64,000 nucleotides of DNA from Candidatus Omnitrophota bacterium (GCA_041662125.1 JBAZTA010000003.1:331330-395329), one strand, 5' to 3'. Shown: positions 30,667-42,319, counted from the first letter of the stretch. The notes: generated from the letters alone by a model not told the origin. Numbers and translations: made by a program.

Positions 30667-31770
30667 CTATACTATCGTTTCTTCAGTTTCCTTATCAAAG
30701 AAATGGACCTTGCTCATATCAAAGACCAGGTCCATATCCTGATTTACCTGCGGCTTATTATGAGCGCCTACCCGGGCAATAAAGGTATGCTTACCCGTGT
30801 TCAAATACAGGTACACTTCCGAACCCATCGGCTCAACAACTTCACAATTAACCCGGACCACATTTTCCGGAGGAGCCTCTGAGACGAATAATTTATCGTA
30901 AACATCTTCCGAACGGATCCCAAAGATTATATCGCGGCCGATATACGGGGTTATTTTACTAAGCATGTCATCGACGATCTTAACCGAGATCTTGCCTTCG
31001 GTAAAATAAACCTTTCCGCTTTTCTTGATGATCTTGCCGTTCATAAAATTCATCGGCGGTGAGCCGATAAACCCGGCGACAAACCTGTTTTTGGGATGGT
31101 CATAGATAGAGATCGGGTCAGCAACCTGTTGTATGACCCCTCCTTTCATGACCACAATACGGTCTCCCATGGTCATTGCTTCTATCTGATCATGGGTGAC
31201 ATAAATAATCGTTGTCTGCAGCCTGATATGCAGCTTATGGATCTCAGTGCGCATCTGCACGCGCAATTTCGCGTCGAGATTACTCAAGGGCTCATCAAAC
31301 AAAAATACCAAAGGCTTACGTACGATCGCACGTCCAACAGCGACACGCTGGCGCTCACCGCCTGATAATTCCTTAGGCTTGCGGTGGAGTAAATGCTTAA
31401 TACTCAGGATCTCTGCCGCCTCGTTTACTCGCTGAATGATCTCATGCTTAGGATAATGCCGGAGTTTTAATCCAAACGCCATATTTTCAAAAACGGTCAT
31501 ATGGGGGTATAAGGCGTAATTTTGGAAGACCATCGCGATATCGCGGTCTTTCGCGGGCACATCGTTGACTTTTTTATTACCGATAAAAATATCTCCTTCG
31601 GTTATCTCTTCTAATCCCGCGATCATCCTCAAGGTAGTCGATTTACCGCAACCAGACGGCCCGACAAGGACAAGAAATTCCTTATTTTCAACACCAAGAT
31701 TTAAATTATTGACGACCTTTACGCCGTTCGGATATACTTTTGAAACATTCTTTAGACTTACCTGGGCCAT
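30667..31770 (-). CDS. MalK/MsmX-type sugar ABC transporter ATP-binding protein, orphan (no permease or binding protein adjacent)
   Basis: Walker A GPSGCGKST, LSGGERQR signature, C-terminal TOBE-like regulatory domain; 367 aa. Confidence 0.85.
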   Translation of the reverse strand: MAQVSLKNVSKVYPNGVKVVNNLNLGVENKEFLVLVGPSGCGKSTTLRMIAGLEEITEGDIFIGNKKVNDVPAKDRDIAMVFQNYALYPHMTVFENMAFGLKLRHYPKHEIIQRVNEAAEILSIKHLLHRKPKELSGGERQRVAVGRAIVRKPLVFLFDEPLSNLDAKLRVQMRTEIHKLHIRLQTTIIYVTHDQIEAMTMGDRIVVMKGGVIQQVADPISIYDHPKNRFVAGFIGSPPMNFMNGKIIKKSGKVYFTEGKISVKIVDDMLSKITPYIGRDIIFGIRSEDVYDKLFVSEAPPENVVRVNCEVVEPMGSEVYLYLNTGKHTFIARVGAHNKPQVNQDMDLVFDMSKVHFFDKETEETIV

Positions 31771-31904
31771 CGTATGCCTCCACGCTCTTCATCAAGCTTA
31801 AAAATCAGTACGTTTCAACTCTTATAAAAACTTTATAATTTATGTGCCGTGACAGTAAGAAAATAAGTATACCAATAATTCAGTAAAAAATCAACTTTTT
31901 CTCA

Positions 31905-32744
31905 TCAATCGATATATTCCAGGACTTTGCGTAACGTTGCTTTCATATCCTTTCGATGCACGATCATATCAATAAGCCCATGCTCCAGTAAAAATTCAGA
32001 GCGTTGGAAACCCGGCGGCAATTTCTGACGGATCGTCTGTTCGATAACGCGCGGCCCCGTAAACCCGATCAAAGCTTTAGGTTCTGCGATTATCAGATCT
32101 CCGATACCGGCAAATGATGCCATGATCCCGGCCATAGTCGGATTCGTCAATAGGGAAATATACGGCAATTTTTCTTGATGATGGTACGAGAGCGCGGCAC
32201 AAGTCTTTGCCATCTGCATCAGGCTGAACATCCCTTCATACATCCGGGCACCGCCGCCTGAACCGGAAACGATAATAACAGGAAGCTTGTTTTTTGTCGC
32301 CAGCTCAATAGCATGGGTGATCTTCTCTCCCACGACTGACCCCATAGACCCCATAATAAAACGTGAATCGGTAACCGCGATAATGACCTTTTTGTTATCT
32401 AAAAGCCCTTCTCCCGTCACTACCGCTTCTTTGAGGCCGGTGAGAGCCTGATCAGCGGATAGCTTGTCTTTATAGGTTTTCGGGCCTTTAAAATCAAGCG
32501 GATCGGCAGATTTCATGTCAGTATCATATTCCTGGAAGGTATTGGCGTCGATCAGAATGTTGACCCGTTCATACGCACCCAAAACAAAATGATAATTGCA
32601 TTTCGGGCATACTTTGAGATTTTCCTCCAATGTCTTATTATACAAGACCTCGGAACACTCTTCGCATTTAGTCCAGAGTCCATCAGGCATCTCTCTTTTC
32701 TTTAATCGGACAACGGTATATTTGGGTTTACCGAAGAGCGCCAT
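31905..32744 (-). CDS. accD: Acetyl-CoA carboxylase carboxyltransferase beta subunit
   Basis: N-terminal C4 zinc ribbon (CxxC...CxxC) plus a carboxyltransferase domain. Confidence 0.9.
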   Translation of the reverse strand: MALFGKPKYTVVRLKKREMPDGLWTKCEECSEVLYNKTLEENLKVCPKCNYHFVLGAYERVNILIDANTFQEYDTDMKSADPLDFKGPKTYKDKLSADQALTGLKEAVVTGEGLLDNKKVIIAVTDSRFIMGSMGSVVGEKITHAIELATKNKLPVIIVSGSGGGARMYEGMFSLMQMAKTCAALSYHHQEKLPYISLLTNPTMAGIMASFAGIGDLIIAEPKALIGFTGPRVIEQTIRQKLPPGFQRSEFLLEHGLIDMIVHRKDMKATLRKVLEYID

Positions 32745-32748
32745 AGGA

Positions 32749-34041
32749 TTATACTGTACCCTCGTTAAATTTATTTATCACCAAACCGGAAAGTACTTTA
32801 GGATAAAAATAGGTCGATTTAGGCGGCATTTTATTGCCGTTTATGGCTACTGACATGATCTGTCCGACCTTGGTGGGATTCAAGAAAAAGGAAATATAGG
32901 ACTGGTCGGCATCAACCTGTTCAATTAATTCCTCAGCTTCCGGATTAAACGTCACGACATCCTTATTATCCACATCTAAACGCAAAATATGCTGTAAAAT
33001 GATATAATTCAAGATAGAAACATCTAATCTGCGGTACTCAGGCGGCTTATCAGAGATCATTTTATCAACGATCTTGATATTTCGCAAACGCACGAGCCAG
33101 TACTTTTTATTCTTATACATACCGATGATATGCTCGGTCATACCTGCCTTTTCAAGCAGGAAAAAGAATTTTACCTTATCTTTTACTTCCTCAACATAGA
33201 AAAATTCCGTAAGGCTCGATGTAAATTTCTGCATGTCAAAGTTCTTCTCAACTTTAACCAGGCGGTGTATCGGCAATATAGTCAAACCTAAAGATTCTGT
33301 ATTAGTAAAATAAGTCAGGATATAATTGGAGTCATCTTCATCGCTTACCCCCCCCAGTTTTGCTTTTAATTCATCACGGTAACCGCAGGCGACTTCATAG
33401 CGGTGATGGCCGTCGGCTATAAAAAAGTTTTCATCCTGCATTTTCTGCTGGATCCCCTCTAATACCTCAGGGGCATCGATCCTCCATATTTTATGATTAT
33501 TCTTCTCATCATCGGTGATGTCCATGCATGGTTTTTTATCTTTAAGGTACTGCTGGTGCAAATACGGGATGAGACGTTTCTTATCGGGAAAAAGCACAAA
33601 GACAGGGCTTAAATTAGCCTTGACCTGCCTGATGAGCCGCGCCCGGTCTTCTTTTGCTTCAAGCCGTGTATGTTCATGGGCGTACACCGGGGCATTTGAA
33701 TCGCCTAAACGCATCAAAGCCAGAAAGCCGTAACGAATGCGCTTCTCTCCTTTAATATTATATTGATGGCTGTAAAAATACACCGCAGGAGTTTTATCCT
33801 GTATGAGTATTTTATTTTTTAACCAATCCTTAAAATAAACTCCGGCAACCTGGTATTTATCTTTATCAGCTGAGTCTTTCGAAAGCAGGACATGAATAAG
33901 GTTATGTTCGTCTAAATCATGAAAATACTGTTGCTTGGCAGGAGAAATAATATCATAGGGCGGGCAAACTACTTTTGCGAGGTCCGGGATCTTTTCCTGG
34001 TTATAGATCAGTGCTTGAAAGGGCTTGATCTTGGTCATCAT
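32749..34041 (-). CDS. DUF1015 family protein
   Basis: N-terminal FQALIYN...VVCPPYDIIS signature of DUF1015; 4-nt spacing to accD. Confidence 0.7.
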   Translation of the reverse strand: MMTKIKPFQALIYNQEKIPDLAKVVCPPYDIISPAKQQYFHDLDEHNLIHVLLSKDSADKDKYQVAGVYFKDWLKNKILIQDKTPAVYFYSHQYNIKGEKRIRYGFLALMRLGDSNAPVYAHEHTRLEAKEDRARLIRQVKANLSPVFVLFPDKKRLIPYLHQQYLKDKKPCMDITDDEKNNHKIWRIDAPEVLEGIQQKMQDENFFIADGHHRYEVACGYRDELKAKLGGVSDEDDSNYILTYFTNTESLGLTILPIHRLVKVEKNFDMQKFTSSLTEFFYVEEVKDKVKFFFLLEKAGMTEHIIGMYKNKKYWLVRLRNIKIVDKMISDKPPEYRRLDVSILNYIILQHILRLDVDNKDVVTFNPEAEELIEQVDADQSYISFFLNPTKVGQIMSVAINGNKMPPKSTYFYPKVLSGLVINKFNEGTV

Positions 34042-34045
34042 ATTT

Positions 34046-34543
34046 TTAATTATTATGCGGCACAGGGATATGTTTTAAAAAAAACTTTTTCATATCCGTA
34101 TATACAAAAGTGGCAATGAAAACCCCCAGAGAATCACTCAACAGGTCAACCGAAGAACAATACCGGTTAGGCACAAACATTTGATGGAACTCATCGCTTG
34201 CGCCATAGGCGATACCGATAAAACTAACCCAAAAAAACCGCATGCCGAATGAATTCCCGGGAAAATAAGACTTTATTGCCCGGTTGATCAATAACCCAAA
34301 AATAAAATATTCCAGCAGGTGCGCTACAATATCCTGTTTAGGGAATAACGACGGAATTTCCTCGCCCGGAGTCGCTGAAACATGAAAAATCAGTATAGCA
34401 TAAACTATTACCGGTAGCCAGTATTTAATAAAGCGCGCCACGGGATCTTGATTAATGACTACAGCCATTGCATCCTTTGGCAGCATTAGGACAACTCGCT
34501 GGAGCATTGCCTGATTTCGCAGGTTTGCGGTAATCGGTGGCAT
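34046..34543 (-). CDS. VanZ-like membrane protein. The true start is probably an internal Met (MAVVIN...) and even then it overlaps fmdB.
   Basis: Multi-TM protein with an SDEFHQMFVPNR motif typical of the VanZ family. Confidence 0.55.
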   Translation of the reverse strand: MPPITANLRNQAMLQRVVLMLPKDAMAVVINQDPVARFIKYWLPVIVYAILIFHVSATPGEEIPSLFPKQDIVAHLLEYFIFGLLINRAIKSYFPGNSFGMRFFWVSFIGIAYGASDEFHQMFVPNRYCSSVDLLSDSLGVFIATFVYTDMKKFFLKHIPVPHNN

Positions 34544-34700
34544 AAAACCCGCTGCCTTTAAAGATTAATCCTCCTCCGCTGCTGATAAGTTTCTTAACTT
34601 TTTTCCCGCATTTCGGGCATTTTTTTAATGGCTCATCATTCATGGATTGAGACTGCTCAAACTTCCCGCATTGACTACATTCATATTCGTATGTCGGCAT
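34452..34700 (-). CDS. FmdB-family zinc-ribbon protein
   Basis: MPTYEYECSQCGKFE...CPKCG signature. Confidence 0.7.
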   Translation of the reverse strand: MPTYEYECSQCGKFEQSQSMNDEPLKKCPKCGKKVKKLISSGGGLIFKGSGFYATDYRKPAKSGNAPASCPNAAKGCNGCSH

Positions 34701-34714
34701 ATCTATTCCTCACT

Positions 34715-35875
34715 TTATTTAAACGCCTTCTTGATCTTTTCCGAAAGACTTTCCTTATTCAGGCTCTCTCCCGATAACCGGGCAAACTCTTCGATCAATT
34801 TACGTTGTTCTGATGAAACATTAACCGGTATCTGCACATTAACCTTTACTAATTCATCCCCTACGCCCCTGCCGTGTACATCAGGCACGCCTTTCTCTTT
34901 CAAACGGAATACCCTGCCGCTCTGAGTGCCAGGAGGGATTTTCATCATGACTTTACCGGTAAGAGTGGGTATTTCCACTTCAGCCCCGAGAATTGCCTTA
35001 GGCATACTTACCGTAAGTTCGGCCAGGATATCATTATTGTGCCGCTCGAAAACGGGATGATGCCTGACTTCAATAACAACATACAGATCGCCTCTGCCGG
35101 CAGTACCTGATTCGCCTTCTCCTCTGACACGTAAATGTGAGCCGGTATCTACACCTGCAGGTATCTTTACCTTTATATTACGGGTTACCTTAACTCGTCC
35201 TTCACCGGAACAATCCGTGCAGGGCATTTGGACTAACGCGCCTTCACCATGGCAGCGGGTGCATGTCTGCGCCATTTGGAAAAAACCGTTAGAGACGACC
35301 ATGCGGCCTGAACCTTTACATTGAGTGCAGTTGACTTTCTTAGAACCCGGTTTAGCCCCGCTTCCGGAACACGTGGCGCATACCTCATACCGGGGGACCG
35401 TAATCGTTTTTTCGACCCCTTCCGCAACTTCTTCCAGGGTTAAATCTATGGCGATCTCCAAATCCCTTCCTTTACGCCCGCGGGCACCCCTCTGCCTGTT
35501 GCCTCGAGAACCGAAAACATCAAACCCCATATCCCCGAAAATCTCATCAAACAGGCCTCCGCCAAAACCATAATCTCCCATATCCTTAAAAATACTTCCA
35601 AAATCAGCGCCTTTAAAGATGTCTTCGTACGCGTATTTTTGGTCTATACCGGAATGTCCATGCTGGTCATAGAGCGCTCGTTTTTGAGAATCAGATAAAA
35701 CAGCATACGCTTCAGAGATCTCTTTGAATTTCTCTTCGGCTTCTTTTTTTTGTTCATGAGCAACACGGTCCGGATGAAACTGAAGCGCTAACTCGCGGTA
35801 GGCTTTTTTGATCTCATCGAGCGTCGCGCTTTTTTTAACACCCAGTATTTCGTAATAATCTCGTTTTGTAGACAC
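34715..35875 (-). CDS. dnaJ: Chaperone DnaJ
   Basis: J domain with HPD, G/F region, four CxxCxGxG repeats. Confidence 0.9.
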   Translation of the reverse strand: MSTKRDYYEILGVKKSATLDEIKKAYRELALQFHPDRVAHEQKKEAEEKFKEISEAYAVLSDSQKRALYDQHGHSGIDQKYAYEDIFKGADFGSIFKDMGDYGFGGGLFDEIFGDMGFDVFGSRGNRQRGARGRKGRDLEIAIDLTLEEVAEGVEKTITVPRYEVCATCSGSGAKPGSKKVNCTQCKGSGRMVVSNGFFQMAQTCTRCHGEGALVQMPCTDCSGEGRVKVTRNIKVKIPAGVDTGSHLRVRGEGESGTAGRGDLYVVIEVRHHPVFERHNNDILAELTVSMPKAILGAEVEIPTLTGKVMMKIPPGTQSGRVFRLKEKGVPDVHGRGVGDELVKVNVQIPVNVSSEQRKLIEEFARLSGESLNKESLSEKIKKAFK

Positions 35876-35898
35876 GTTAAACAGTATCCTCCCTCAAG

Positions 35899-37782
35899 CT
35901 ATTTTTTTTCTTCTTCTTTAAAATCAGCGTCAATTATATCCTCTTCCTTCTTTTTGGGTTGCTCTTCAGAAGGTTCCGATTGAGGATTTGCTTTACCAGG
36001 CTGTTCCTGCTGTGCCTGCTGTTGCTTCGCAGCAGCCTGTTTATATATTTCTTCAGCCAATTTATGAGCGGATTTCGTCAAATCATCCACAGACTTTTTG
36101 ATCCTCTCAACATGCTTATCTTTAATGGCAGTTTTCAAGTCATTAAGCTTTGCTTCAATATCAACGCGCTCAGCCTGGCTGACCTTGTCACCATAATCCT
36201 TGAGAGACTTCTCAGTGGAATAAACCAAAGTATCCGCCTGATTTACAACTTCGATCTCTTCTTTTTTCTTGGTATCTTCCGCGGCGAATTTTTCAGCGTC
36301 TTTAACCATCTTATCGATCTCTTCTTTCGAAAGCTTCTTGGGAGCGGTGATCCGTATAGACTGTTCTTTGCCGGTTCCCAGGTCTTTTGCCGAAACATGG
36401 ACGATACCGTTGGCGTCGATATCAAACCCCACTTCAACCTGAGGAATTCCGCGCGGAGCAGCAGGAATACCGACCAGATCGAAACTTCCTAATTCCACGT
36501 TATCAGCAGCCATCTGCCGTTCGCCTTGCAAGACCTTGATAGTTACCGCGGTCTGATTATCAGCAGCCGTTGAGAAAACCTGGCTTTTCTTGGTCGGGAT
36601 GGTTGTATTTCTTTCAATAAGCTTTGTGCTGACCCCGCCTAAGGTCTCAATACCCAAAGACAACGGCGTGACATCAAGCAAAAGCACGTCTTTCATATCG
36701 CCTTTAATGATCGCTGCCTGAATAGCAGCCCCTAACGCGACGCATTCCATAGGATCGACACCGCGTTCGATCTTTTTACCGACATATTCTTCCACAAACT
36801 TCTGGACGATCGGCATTCTGGTCGGGCCGCCGACCATAATGATCCTGTCGATATCATTGGAAGTCAATTTGGCGTCTTTGAGCGCTTCTTCCATCGGCTT
36901 ACGGCAGCGGTCAATGATCGGTGACACCAAATCTTCCAGTTTCGCGCGGGTGATAGACATAGTGAGATGTTTCGGGCCGGTAGCATCAGCGGTTATAAAC
37001 GGCAGGTTAATATCCGTTGTCACCGTTGAAGACAATTCGATCTTTGCCTTCTCAGCTGCTTCGCGGACTCGTTGCACCGCCATTTTATCGTTTCGCAGAT
37101 CAATACCCGTCTCTTTTTTGAATTGGCCGGTGATATACTCAACCATCGTGTTATCCATATCGGTCCCGCCCAATTGGGTATCACCGTGGGTAGTCTTTAC
37201 TTCAAAAACTCCCTGCGCCATTTCCATAACGGTAACATCCAATGTCCCGCCGCCTAAGTCAAAGACCATGATCTTCTGTTCCTTCTGTGATTTTTCCAAA
37301 CCATACGCTAAACATGCAGCGGTCGGTTCGTTAATGATACGCAGCACTTTCAATCCGGCAATTTCCCCCGCATCCTTTGTCGCGGTCCTTTGATTATCAT
37401 CAAAATACGCAGGGCAGGTAATAACAACCTCTTCGATCTTATCGCCAAGGTAGTTTTCCGCATCCTGTTTGATCTTTTGCAGAATAAACGCGGAGATCTG
37501 TTGCGGCGTATATTCTTTGCCATAAACCTTGAATTTATGATCACTGCCCATTTTCCGTTTCGCAGCCTGGATCGTGCCTTCGGCATTAATTGCTGCCTGG
37601 CGGCGCGCGGGCTCACCAACTAAACGCTGGCCGTCTTTGGTAAAAGCGACATATGAAGGAAAGGCCTTGCCGGAAGCTACACCAGCTCCTTCAGCAGACG
37701 GTATAATGACCGGCCTGCCACCTTCCATAACAGCCGCAGCTGAATTTGAAGTCCCTAAATCAATCCCGATTACTTTTGCCAT
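35899..37782 (-). CDS. dnaK: Chaperone DnaK (Hsp70)
   Basis: [18 protein letters not shown] motifs; 627 aa. Confidence 0.95.
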   Translation of the reverse strand: MAKVIGIDLGTSNSAAAVMEGGRPVIIPSAEGAGVASGKAFPSYVAFTKDGQRLVGEPARRQAAINAEGTIQAAKRKMGSDHKFKVYGKEYTPQQISAFILQKIKQDAENYLGDKIEEVVITCPAYFDDNQRTATKDAGEIAGLKVLRIINEPTAACLAYGLEKSQKEQKIMVFDLGGGTLDVTVMEMAQGVFEVKTTHGDTQLGGTDMDNTMVEYITGQFKKETGIDLRNDKMAVQRVREAAEKAKIELSSTVTTDINLPFITADATGPKHLTMSITRAKLEDLVSPIIDRCRKPMEEALKDAKLTSNDIDRIIMVGGPTRMPIVQKFVEEYVGKKIERGVDPMECVALGAAIQAAIIKGDMKDVLLLDVTPLSLGIETLGGVSTKLIERNTTIPTKKSQVFSTAADNQTAVTIKVLQGERQMAADNVELGSFDLVGIPAAPRGIPQVEVGFDIDANGIVHVSAKDLGTGKEQSIRITAPKKLSKEEIDKMVKDAEKFAAEDTKKKEEIEVVNQADTLVYSTEKSLKDYGDKVSQAERVDIEAKLNDLKTAIKDKHVERIKKSVDDLTKSAHKLAEEIYKQAAAKQQQAQQEQPGKANPQSEPSEEQPKKKEEDIIDADFKEEEKK

Positions 37783-37832
37783 CTTGTACCTCCTTGAGCA
37801 CCTTGAGCTCCTTAAAGCTTTGTTTAGCGAAA

Positions 37833-37900
37833 CTCCGACGAATGCGTCATAATTTTCTAGCGAAGCGTAAGAAAATTATGACGCTTCTTATGAGTCGGAG
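37833..37900 (-). promoter_or_regulatory. Large compound stem-loop in the grpE-dnaK intergenic spacer
   Basis: 15-bp perfect inner stem GCGTCATAATTTTCT / AGAAAATTATGACGC (11-nt loop) plus a 7-bp outer stem CTCCGAC / GTCGGAG. It ends 3 nt before the grpE stop. Confidence 0.45.
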
Positions 37901-37903
37901 TCA

Positions 37904-38533
37904 TTATTTTTCTTCTTTCCCCTCTTCCTTCTCCTCTTTTTCTTCCGTTTTCTGCTTACTAACCTTTACTTTAGCCGTTCGAATGACCCGGTCGATTAAA
38001 TAATACCCTTTTTGCAATTCTTCGACGACCGTATGTTCCGGCATATTTTTATCTTCAACCTGCATCAAAGCCTCATGGCAATTCGGATCGAAGATCTTGC
38101 CTAAGGCATCCATCGGCTTAATTCCATGTTTTTTCAACAACTCATACAAATGCGCCAATACCATCTCAATACCTTTTAAAAACGCCGGCATATCCTGATG
38201 CTTTGATTCTGCCAGGTCTACCGCCCGTTCAAGGTCATCAAGGGTGTTTAATAATTCAGCGATAATACCTTCATTGGCAAATTTAATGAACTCCTGTTTT
38301 TCTCGTTCCAGGCGCTTGCGGACATTATCAAAATCCGCCTGTACCCTGACCATCTTCTCCCAAGCTTCCTCTCCCTTGGCAGCATCCTCTTGCAGCTTGG
38401 TATACTCTGCCTCAGGGATAGTAACGGTCTTTTCTTTCCCCGCTGCCTGCTCTTCTTCCGGTTTTAGAGGAACCTTATTGTTTTCTTTATGAGTATGCTT
38501 ATTATTTTCCATATCTTTCTTTTTAAAAATCAT
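37904..38533 (-). CDS. grpE: Nucleotide exchange factor GrpE
   Basis: GrpE coiled-coil plus beta-domain pattern; operon position. Confidence 0.85.
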   Translation of the reverse strand: MIFKKKDMENNKHTHKENNKVPLKPEEEQAAGKEKTVTIPEAEYTKLQEDAAKGEEAWEKMVRVQADFDNVRKRLEREKQEFIKFANEGIIAELLNTLDDLERAVDLAESKHQDMPAFLKGIEMVLAHLYELLKKHGIKPMDALGKIFDPNCHEALMQVEDKNMPEHTVVEELQKGYYLIDRVIRTAKVKVSKQKTEEKEEKEEGKEEK

Positions 38534-39260
38534 CTAAAACATCGGTTAAAACACCCGAAATATATTCCAGCGCGGGTATTATATGGTTATATTCCATCCG
38601 TTTGGGACCCAGGACTGCAAGCCTGCCCACCGGTTTCTTATGAACATGGAAGGTTGCGACCACTAACGAGCAACCTTCTATTTCCTCAAGCCCAAGTTCT
38701 TCTCCTATATATATCTTGACTTTATCGCTGAAATTCTGGTTAATAATATCCAGTAACCGCTGTTTATCTTCAATGATCTTGATCAAGAACCGTATTCGCT
38801 GGAGATTCTGAAATTCCGGCTGGCTTAAAATATAGCTTATTCCTTTATAGAACAACTTGTCCTGCCACTCAAGTAACGATACTATACCGGCATGATGCGT
38901 GATCACGGATATCACTTCAGAGGTTTTCTCTAAAACATCCTCTAACCGTTTAATCTCGATCTTATACCCTTTGATAACGCACTCTTTTTCCTCATCAAGC
39001 AGGTCTATCTGAGAAACAAGGAAATCGACATAATACCGGTACCCCTTACTGGTCGGAACCCTTCCCCCCGAAGTATGCGGATGAGTCAGGTAGCCGGCTT
39101 TTTCCAATTCGCTGAAAATATTGCGGACCGTAGCCGAACTCAGGTCAAAATCAGAGGCTATTTCTTCAGAGGCAACAGGGGACCCTGCATCAATATACTT
39201 ATTTATCGTTGCCGATAAAATCGCCCTTCTGCGTGATTCATAATCAATAACTTTAACCAT
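38523..39260 (-). CDS. hrcA: Heat-inducible repressor HrcA (short, 245 aa)
   Basis: N-terminal winged-HTH characteristic of HrcA (RRRAILSATINKYI...SEEIA); a CIRCE element lies just upstream. Confidence 0.75.
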   Translation of the reverse strand: MVKVIDYESRRRAILSATINKYIDAGSPVASEEIASDFDLSSATVRNIFSELEKAGYLTHPHTSGGRVPTSKGYRYYVDFLVSQIDLLDEEKECVIKGYKIEIKRLEDVLEKTSEVISVITHHAGIVSLLEWQDKLFYKGISYILSQPEFQNLQRIRFLIKIIEDKQRLLDIINQNFSDKVKIYIGEELGLEEIEGCSLVVATFHVHKKPVGRLAVLGPKRMEYNHIIPALEYISGVLTDVLDDF

Positions 39261-39272
39261 AGAACCCTCGTT

Positions 39273-39299
39273 TTAGCACTCTCTACCCAAGAATGCTAA
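39273..39299. promoter_or_regulatory. CIRCE operator (HrcA binding site) upstream of hrcA-grpE-dnaK-dnaJ
   Basis: TTAGCACTC-N9-GAATGCTAA, one mismatch to the consensus TTAGCACTC-N9-GAGTGCTAA, 13 nt upstream of the hrcA start. Confidence 0.7.
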
Positions 39300-39360
39300 A
39301 CTTTGATTTTAGCATATTTTCCTTATATGTCAACTCCTACACGCAATTATTTCTTATCGC

Positions 39361-41982
39361 TTAACCTTTTCGGAAAGCGAGGGTTTTAGCCGTATCCAAA
39401 TCAACTGTTACCGACTCTCCTTCTTTCAACGTACCATCAAGAATTTTAAGCGACAAAGGATTCTGGATATGTTTCTGGATCGTGCGTTTTAAAGGCCTGG
39501 CGCCAAAATTAATATCAAAGCCGTTGTGTGCCAGAAAATCTTTTGCCTTACGGGTGACTTCCAAACGTATCCCCTGATTCGCTAAACGCCTGATGATAGG
39601 TTCTAATTCGATATCGACGATTTTTCCCACTTCTTCTTTGCCAAGCGGGTTAAAGATGATTATTTCATCGATCCTGTTTAAGAACTCAGGGCGGAAAAAT
39701 TTCTTTACTTCAGCAAACAGGCTGACTTTCATTTCTTCAAAGTTCATTGCCTGTTTTTTATCTTTAAACCCGATCAAATTATGCTGTTGGATGATCTCCG
39801 CCCCGATATTTGAAGTCATAATAATAACGGTATTGCGGAAATTCACTACCCTCCCCTGGCTGTCGGTTATCTTACCATCATCTAAAATCTGTAAAAGCAG
39901 GTTGAAAACCTCAGGATGCGCCTTCTCAATTTCATCAAAAAGCACTACCGAATACGGCCTCCTTCTTACTTTTTCCGTAAGCTGCCCGCCTTCCTCGTAT
40001 CCTACATATCCGGGAGGAGCGCCCACGAGCCGTGAAACGCTGAATTTCTCCATATATTCCGACATATCGATACGAACCATCGCCTCTTCGTCATCAAACA
40101 AAAACCAGGCAAGTGTCTTTGCCAATTTGGTTTTACCTACACCGGTAGGCCCCATAAAAATAAACGACCCCATAGGCCGGGACTCATCCGCTAACCCTGA
40201 ACGCGATCTGCGCACACAGTCGGCAATTGACCCGATCGCCTGGTCCTGCCCTACGACTTTTGTCTTTAACCGCTCTTCCATCATGACTAATTTGGCGGTT
40301 TCAGCCTCTCGAAGCCTGGTCAAAGGAATTCCTGTCCATTCCGCGACTACTTCCGCGATATCTTCATCGCTTATTTCCTGGCGTAACATACTCACACTTT
40401 TTTGGACTTCTTTAAGCTGGTCGTTATATTTTTTTAACTCATTATCAAATTCAACGAGTTTACCATATTTGATCTCAGCCACCTTATCCAGATCGCCTAT
40501 TTTCTCCGCGGCAGCGGCTTTATTTTTAAACTCCTCGGTCTTTGCCTGAACTTCTTTTATCTTAACGATGATCGCCTTTTCTTTTTCCCAATGTTGTTTT
40601 TTTGCATTGATTTCTTTATTCAAGCCTTCTAATTCTTCTTCTATTTTCTTTAACCGGGTTAAAGACAACTTGTCTTTTTCTTTTTTCAAGGCCTGGCGTT
40701 CGATTTCAAGCTGCATGATCTTTCTCTGAACCACGTCGATCTCTACCGGCATGCTGTCGATCTCAATACGAAGGCGAGATGCCCCTTCATCGATCAAATC
40801 CACTGCTTTATCCGGAAGATTCCTGTCAGTGATATACCGGTGAGAGAGTGTTGCCGCCGCGATCAAGGCAGAATCCTCGATCCTGACGCCATGATGCACC
40901 TCGTACTTTTCTTTTAAGCCGCGCAGAATGGCTATCGTATCCTGTACAGAGGGCTCACCGACAAAAATACTCTGAAACCGCCTCTCCAGCGCCTTGTCTT
41001 TTTCAATGTATTTTCTATATTCATCAAGCGTTGTCGCTCCAATACAGCGAAGCTGGCCCCGGGCCAAGAGAGGTTTTAACATATTTGACGCGTCAATAGC
41101 GCCCTCAGCAGCACCTGCTCCAACGATAGTATGGATTTCATCGATAAAAAGAATGATCTGCCCGTTCTTGTTCTGTATTTCCCGCAATACGGCCTTTAAC
41201 CTGTTTTCAAACTCACCCCTGAATTTAGTGCCGGCGACCAGGCTTCCTAAATCGAGTGACACGATCCGTTTTTTCTTCAATCCTTCCGGCACATCGTTGG
41301 AGGTGATACGCTGGGCCAAACCTTCGACAATAGCGGTCTTACCGACTCCTGCGTCTCCGATCAAAACAGGGTTATTTTTGGTACGGCGCGAGAGAACCTG
41401 CATTAAACGCCTGATTTCTTTATCGCGTCCGATAACCGGGTCAAGGGCCATTTTTTCCGCGAGCGCAGTTATATCCTGTCCGTATTTCTCCAGCGCGTTG
41501 AACTTTTCTTCCGGGTTTTCGTCAGTTATCCGGTGGCTGCCGCGTACGTGAGTCAAGGCAGCGAGAATTTTTTCTTTATCAATGTTTAATTTCTTAAGCT
41601 CATTGTTGACTATTGATTCCTGATCAGATAAAACCGCCAATAAAAGATGCTCCGCGGAAATAAACTCATCTTTAAGGAACTGCGCCTCTTTTAAAGCCAC
41701 GTTCAACAATCTATTCGTGCGTTGAGAAAAATAGATCTGGGCGTTGCTGCCGCTTACAGAAGTCTTTTTTTGAAGGTCTTCCTTGATTAATTTTATAAGA
41801 ACCCCCGTCTGAACACCTAAAGCATTTAAAACGGATGCGATAATACTGTCTTCTTGTTTTAATAAAATAAAAAACAAATGCTCAGGATCCATCTGCTGAT
41901 GGCCCGATTCAGTCGCCAGGCTTATCGCGTCCTGGAATGCTTCCTGTAATTTTGCCGTAAATTTATCTGATCTCATGACCAA
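39361..41982 (-). CDS. clpB: Chaperone ClpB. The track start is TTG; ATG at 41976 is likely the real start.
   Basis: Two AAA+ modules ([16 protein letters not shown]) and a long middle coiled-coil; 873 aa. Confidence 0.95.
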   Translation of the reverse strand: MVMRSDKFTAKLQEAFQDAISLATESGHQQMDPEHLFFILLKQEDSIIASVLNALGVQTGVLIKLIKEDLQKKTSVSGSNAQIYFSQRTNRLLNVALKEAQFLKDEFISAEHLLLAVLSDQESIVNNELKKLNIDKEKILAALTHVRGSHRITDENPEEKFNALEKYGQDITALAEKMALDPVIGRDKEIRRLMQVLSRRTKNNPVLIGDAGVGKTAIVEGLAQRITSNDVPEGLKKKRIVSLDLGSLVAGTKFRGEFENRLKAVLREIQNKNGQIILFIDEIHTIVGAGAAEGAIDASNMLKPLLARGQLRCIGATTLDEYRKYIEKDKALERRFQSIFVGEPSVQDTIAILRGLKEKYEVHHGVRIEDSALIAAATLSHRYITDRNLPDKAVDLIDEGASRLRIEIDSMPVEIDVVQRKIMQLEIERQALKKEKDKLSLTRLKKIEEELEGLNKEINAKKQHWEKEKAIIVKIKEVQAKTEEFKNKAAAAEKIGDLDKVAEIKYGKLVEFDNELKKYNDQLKEVQKSVSMLRQEISDEDIAEVVAEWTGIPLTRLREAETAKLVMMEERLKTKVVGQDQAIGSIADCVRRSRSGLADESRPMGSFIFMGPTGVGKTKLAKTLAWFLFDDEEAMVRIDMSEYMEKFSVSRLVGAPPGYVGYEEGGQLTEKVRRRPYSVVLFDEIEKAHPEVFNLLLQILDDGKITDSQGRVVNFRNTVIIMTSNIGAEIIQQHNLIGFKDKKQAMNFEEMKVSLFAEVKKFFRPEFLNRIDEIIIFNPLGKEEVGKIVDIELEPIIRRLANQGIRLEVTRKAKDFLAHNGFDINFGARPLKRTIQKHIQNPLSLKILDGTLKEGESVTVDLDTAKTLAFRKG

Positions 41983-42005
41983 CCTCTCTTTTTATATGCG
42001 GCCAA

Positions 42006-42032
42006 TTAGCACTCAACACTCAAGAGTGCTAA
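42006..42032. promoter_or_regulatory. Perfect CIRCE operator upstream of clpB
   Basis: TTAGCACTC-AACACTCAA-GAGTGCTAA, an exact match to the consensus, about 25 nt upstream of the clpB start. Confidence 0.8.
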
Positions 42033-42049
42033 CGACAATCCAAAAAATT

Positions 42050-42319
42050 TTACTCTTTGATCTCTAATTCCAATATAATTTTAATACCACTAATATTTAC
42101 GTGTTTTTCTTCCATAAGATAATGGATATACTCCAAACGCTTAACATCTTTCAATGAATAAAGCCTGCTTTTCTTCCCAATACGCTGCGGCCTGACTACT
42201 CCTACTTTATCAAGCTGGCGCAATGTCCATACCGGTAAATCAACCAGTTTACTGACTACACTGATGACGTATACCGGTTCATCCGGACTAATATATATAT
42301 CGAAGGTTCCCATCTTCAT
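42050..42319 (-). CDS. Small MerR-family regulator, HspR-like
   Basis: MerR-type HTH (YVISVVSKLVDLPVWTLRQLDKVGVV...RLYSLKDVKRLEYIHYL); sits immediately upstream of CIRCE-clpB. Confidence 0.55.
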   Translation of the reverse strand: MKMGTFDIYISPDEPVYVISVVSKLVDLPVWTLRQLDKVGVVRPQRIGKKSRLYSLKDVKRLEYIHYLMEEKHVNISGIKIILELEIKE

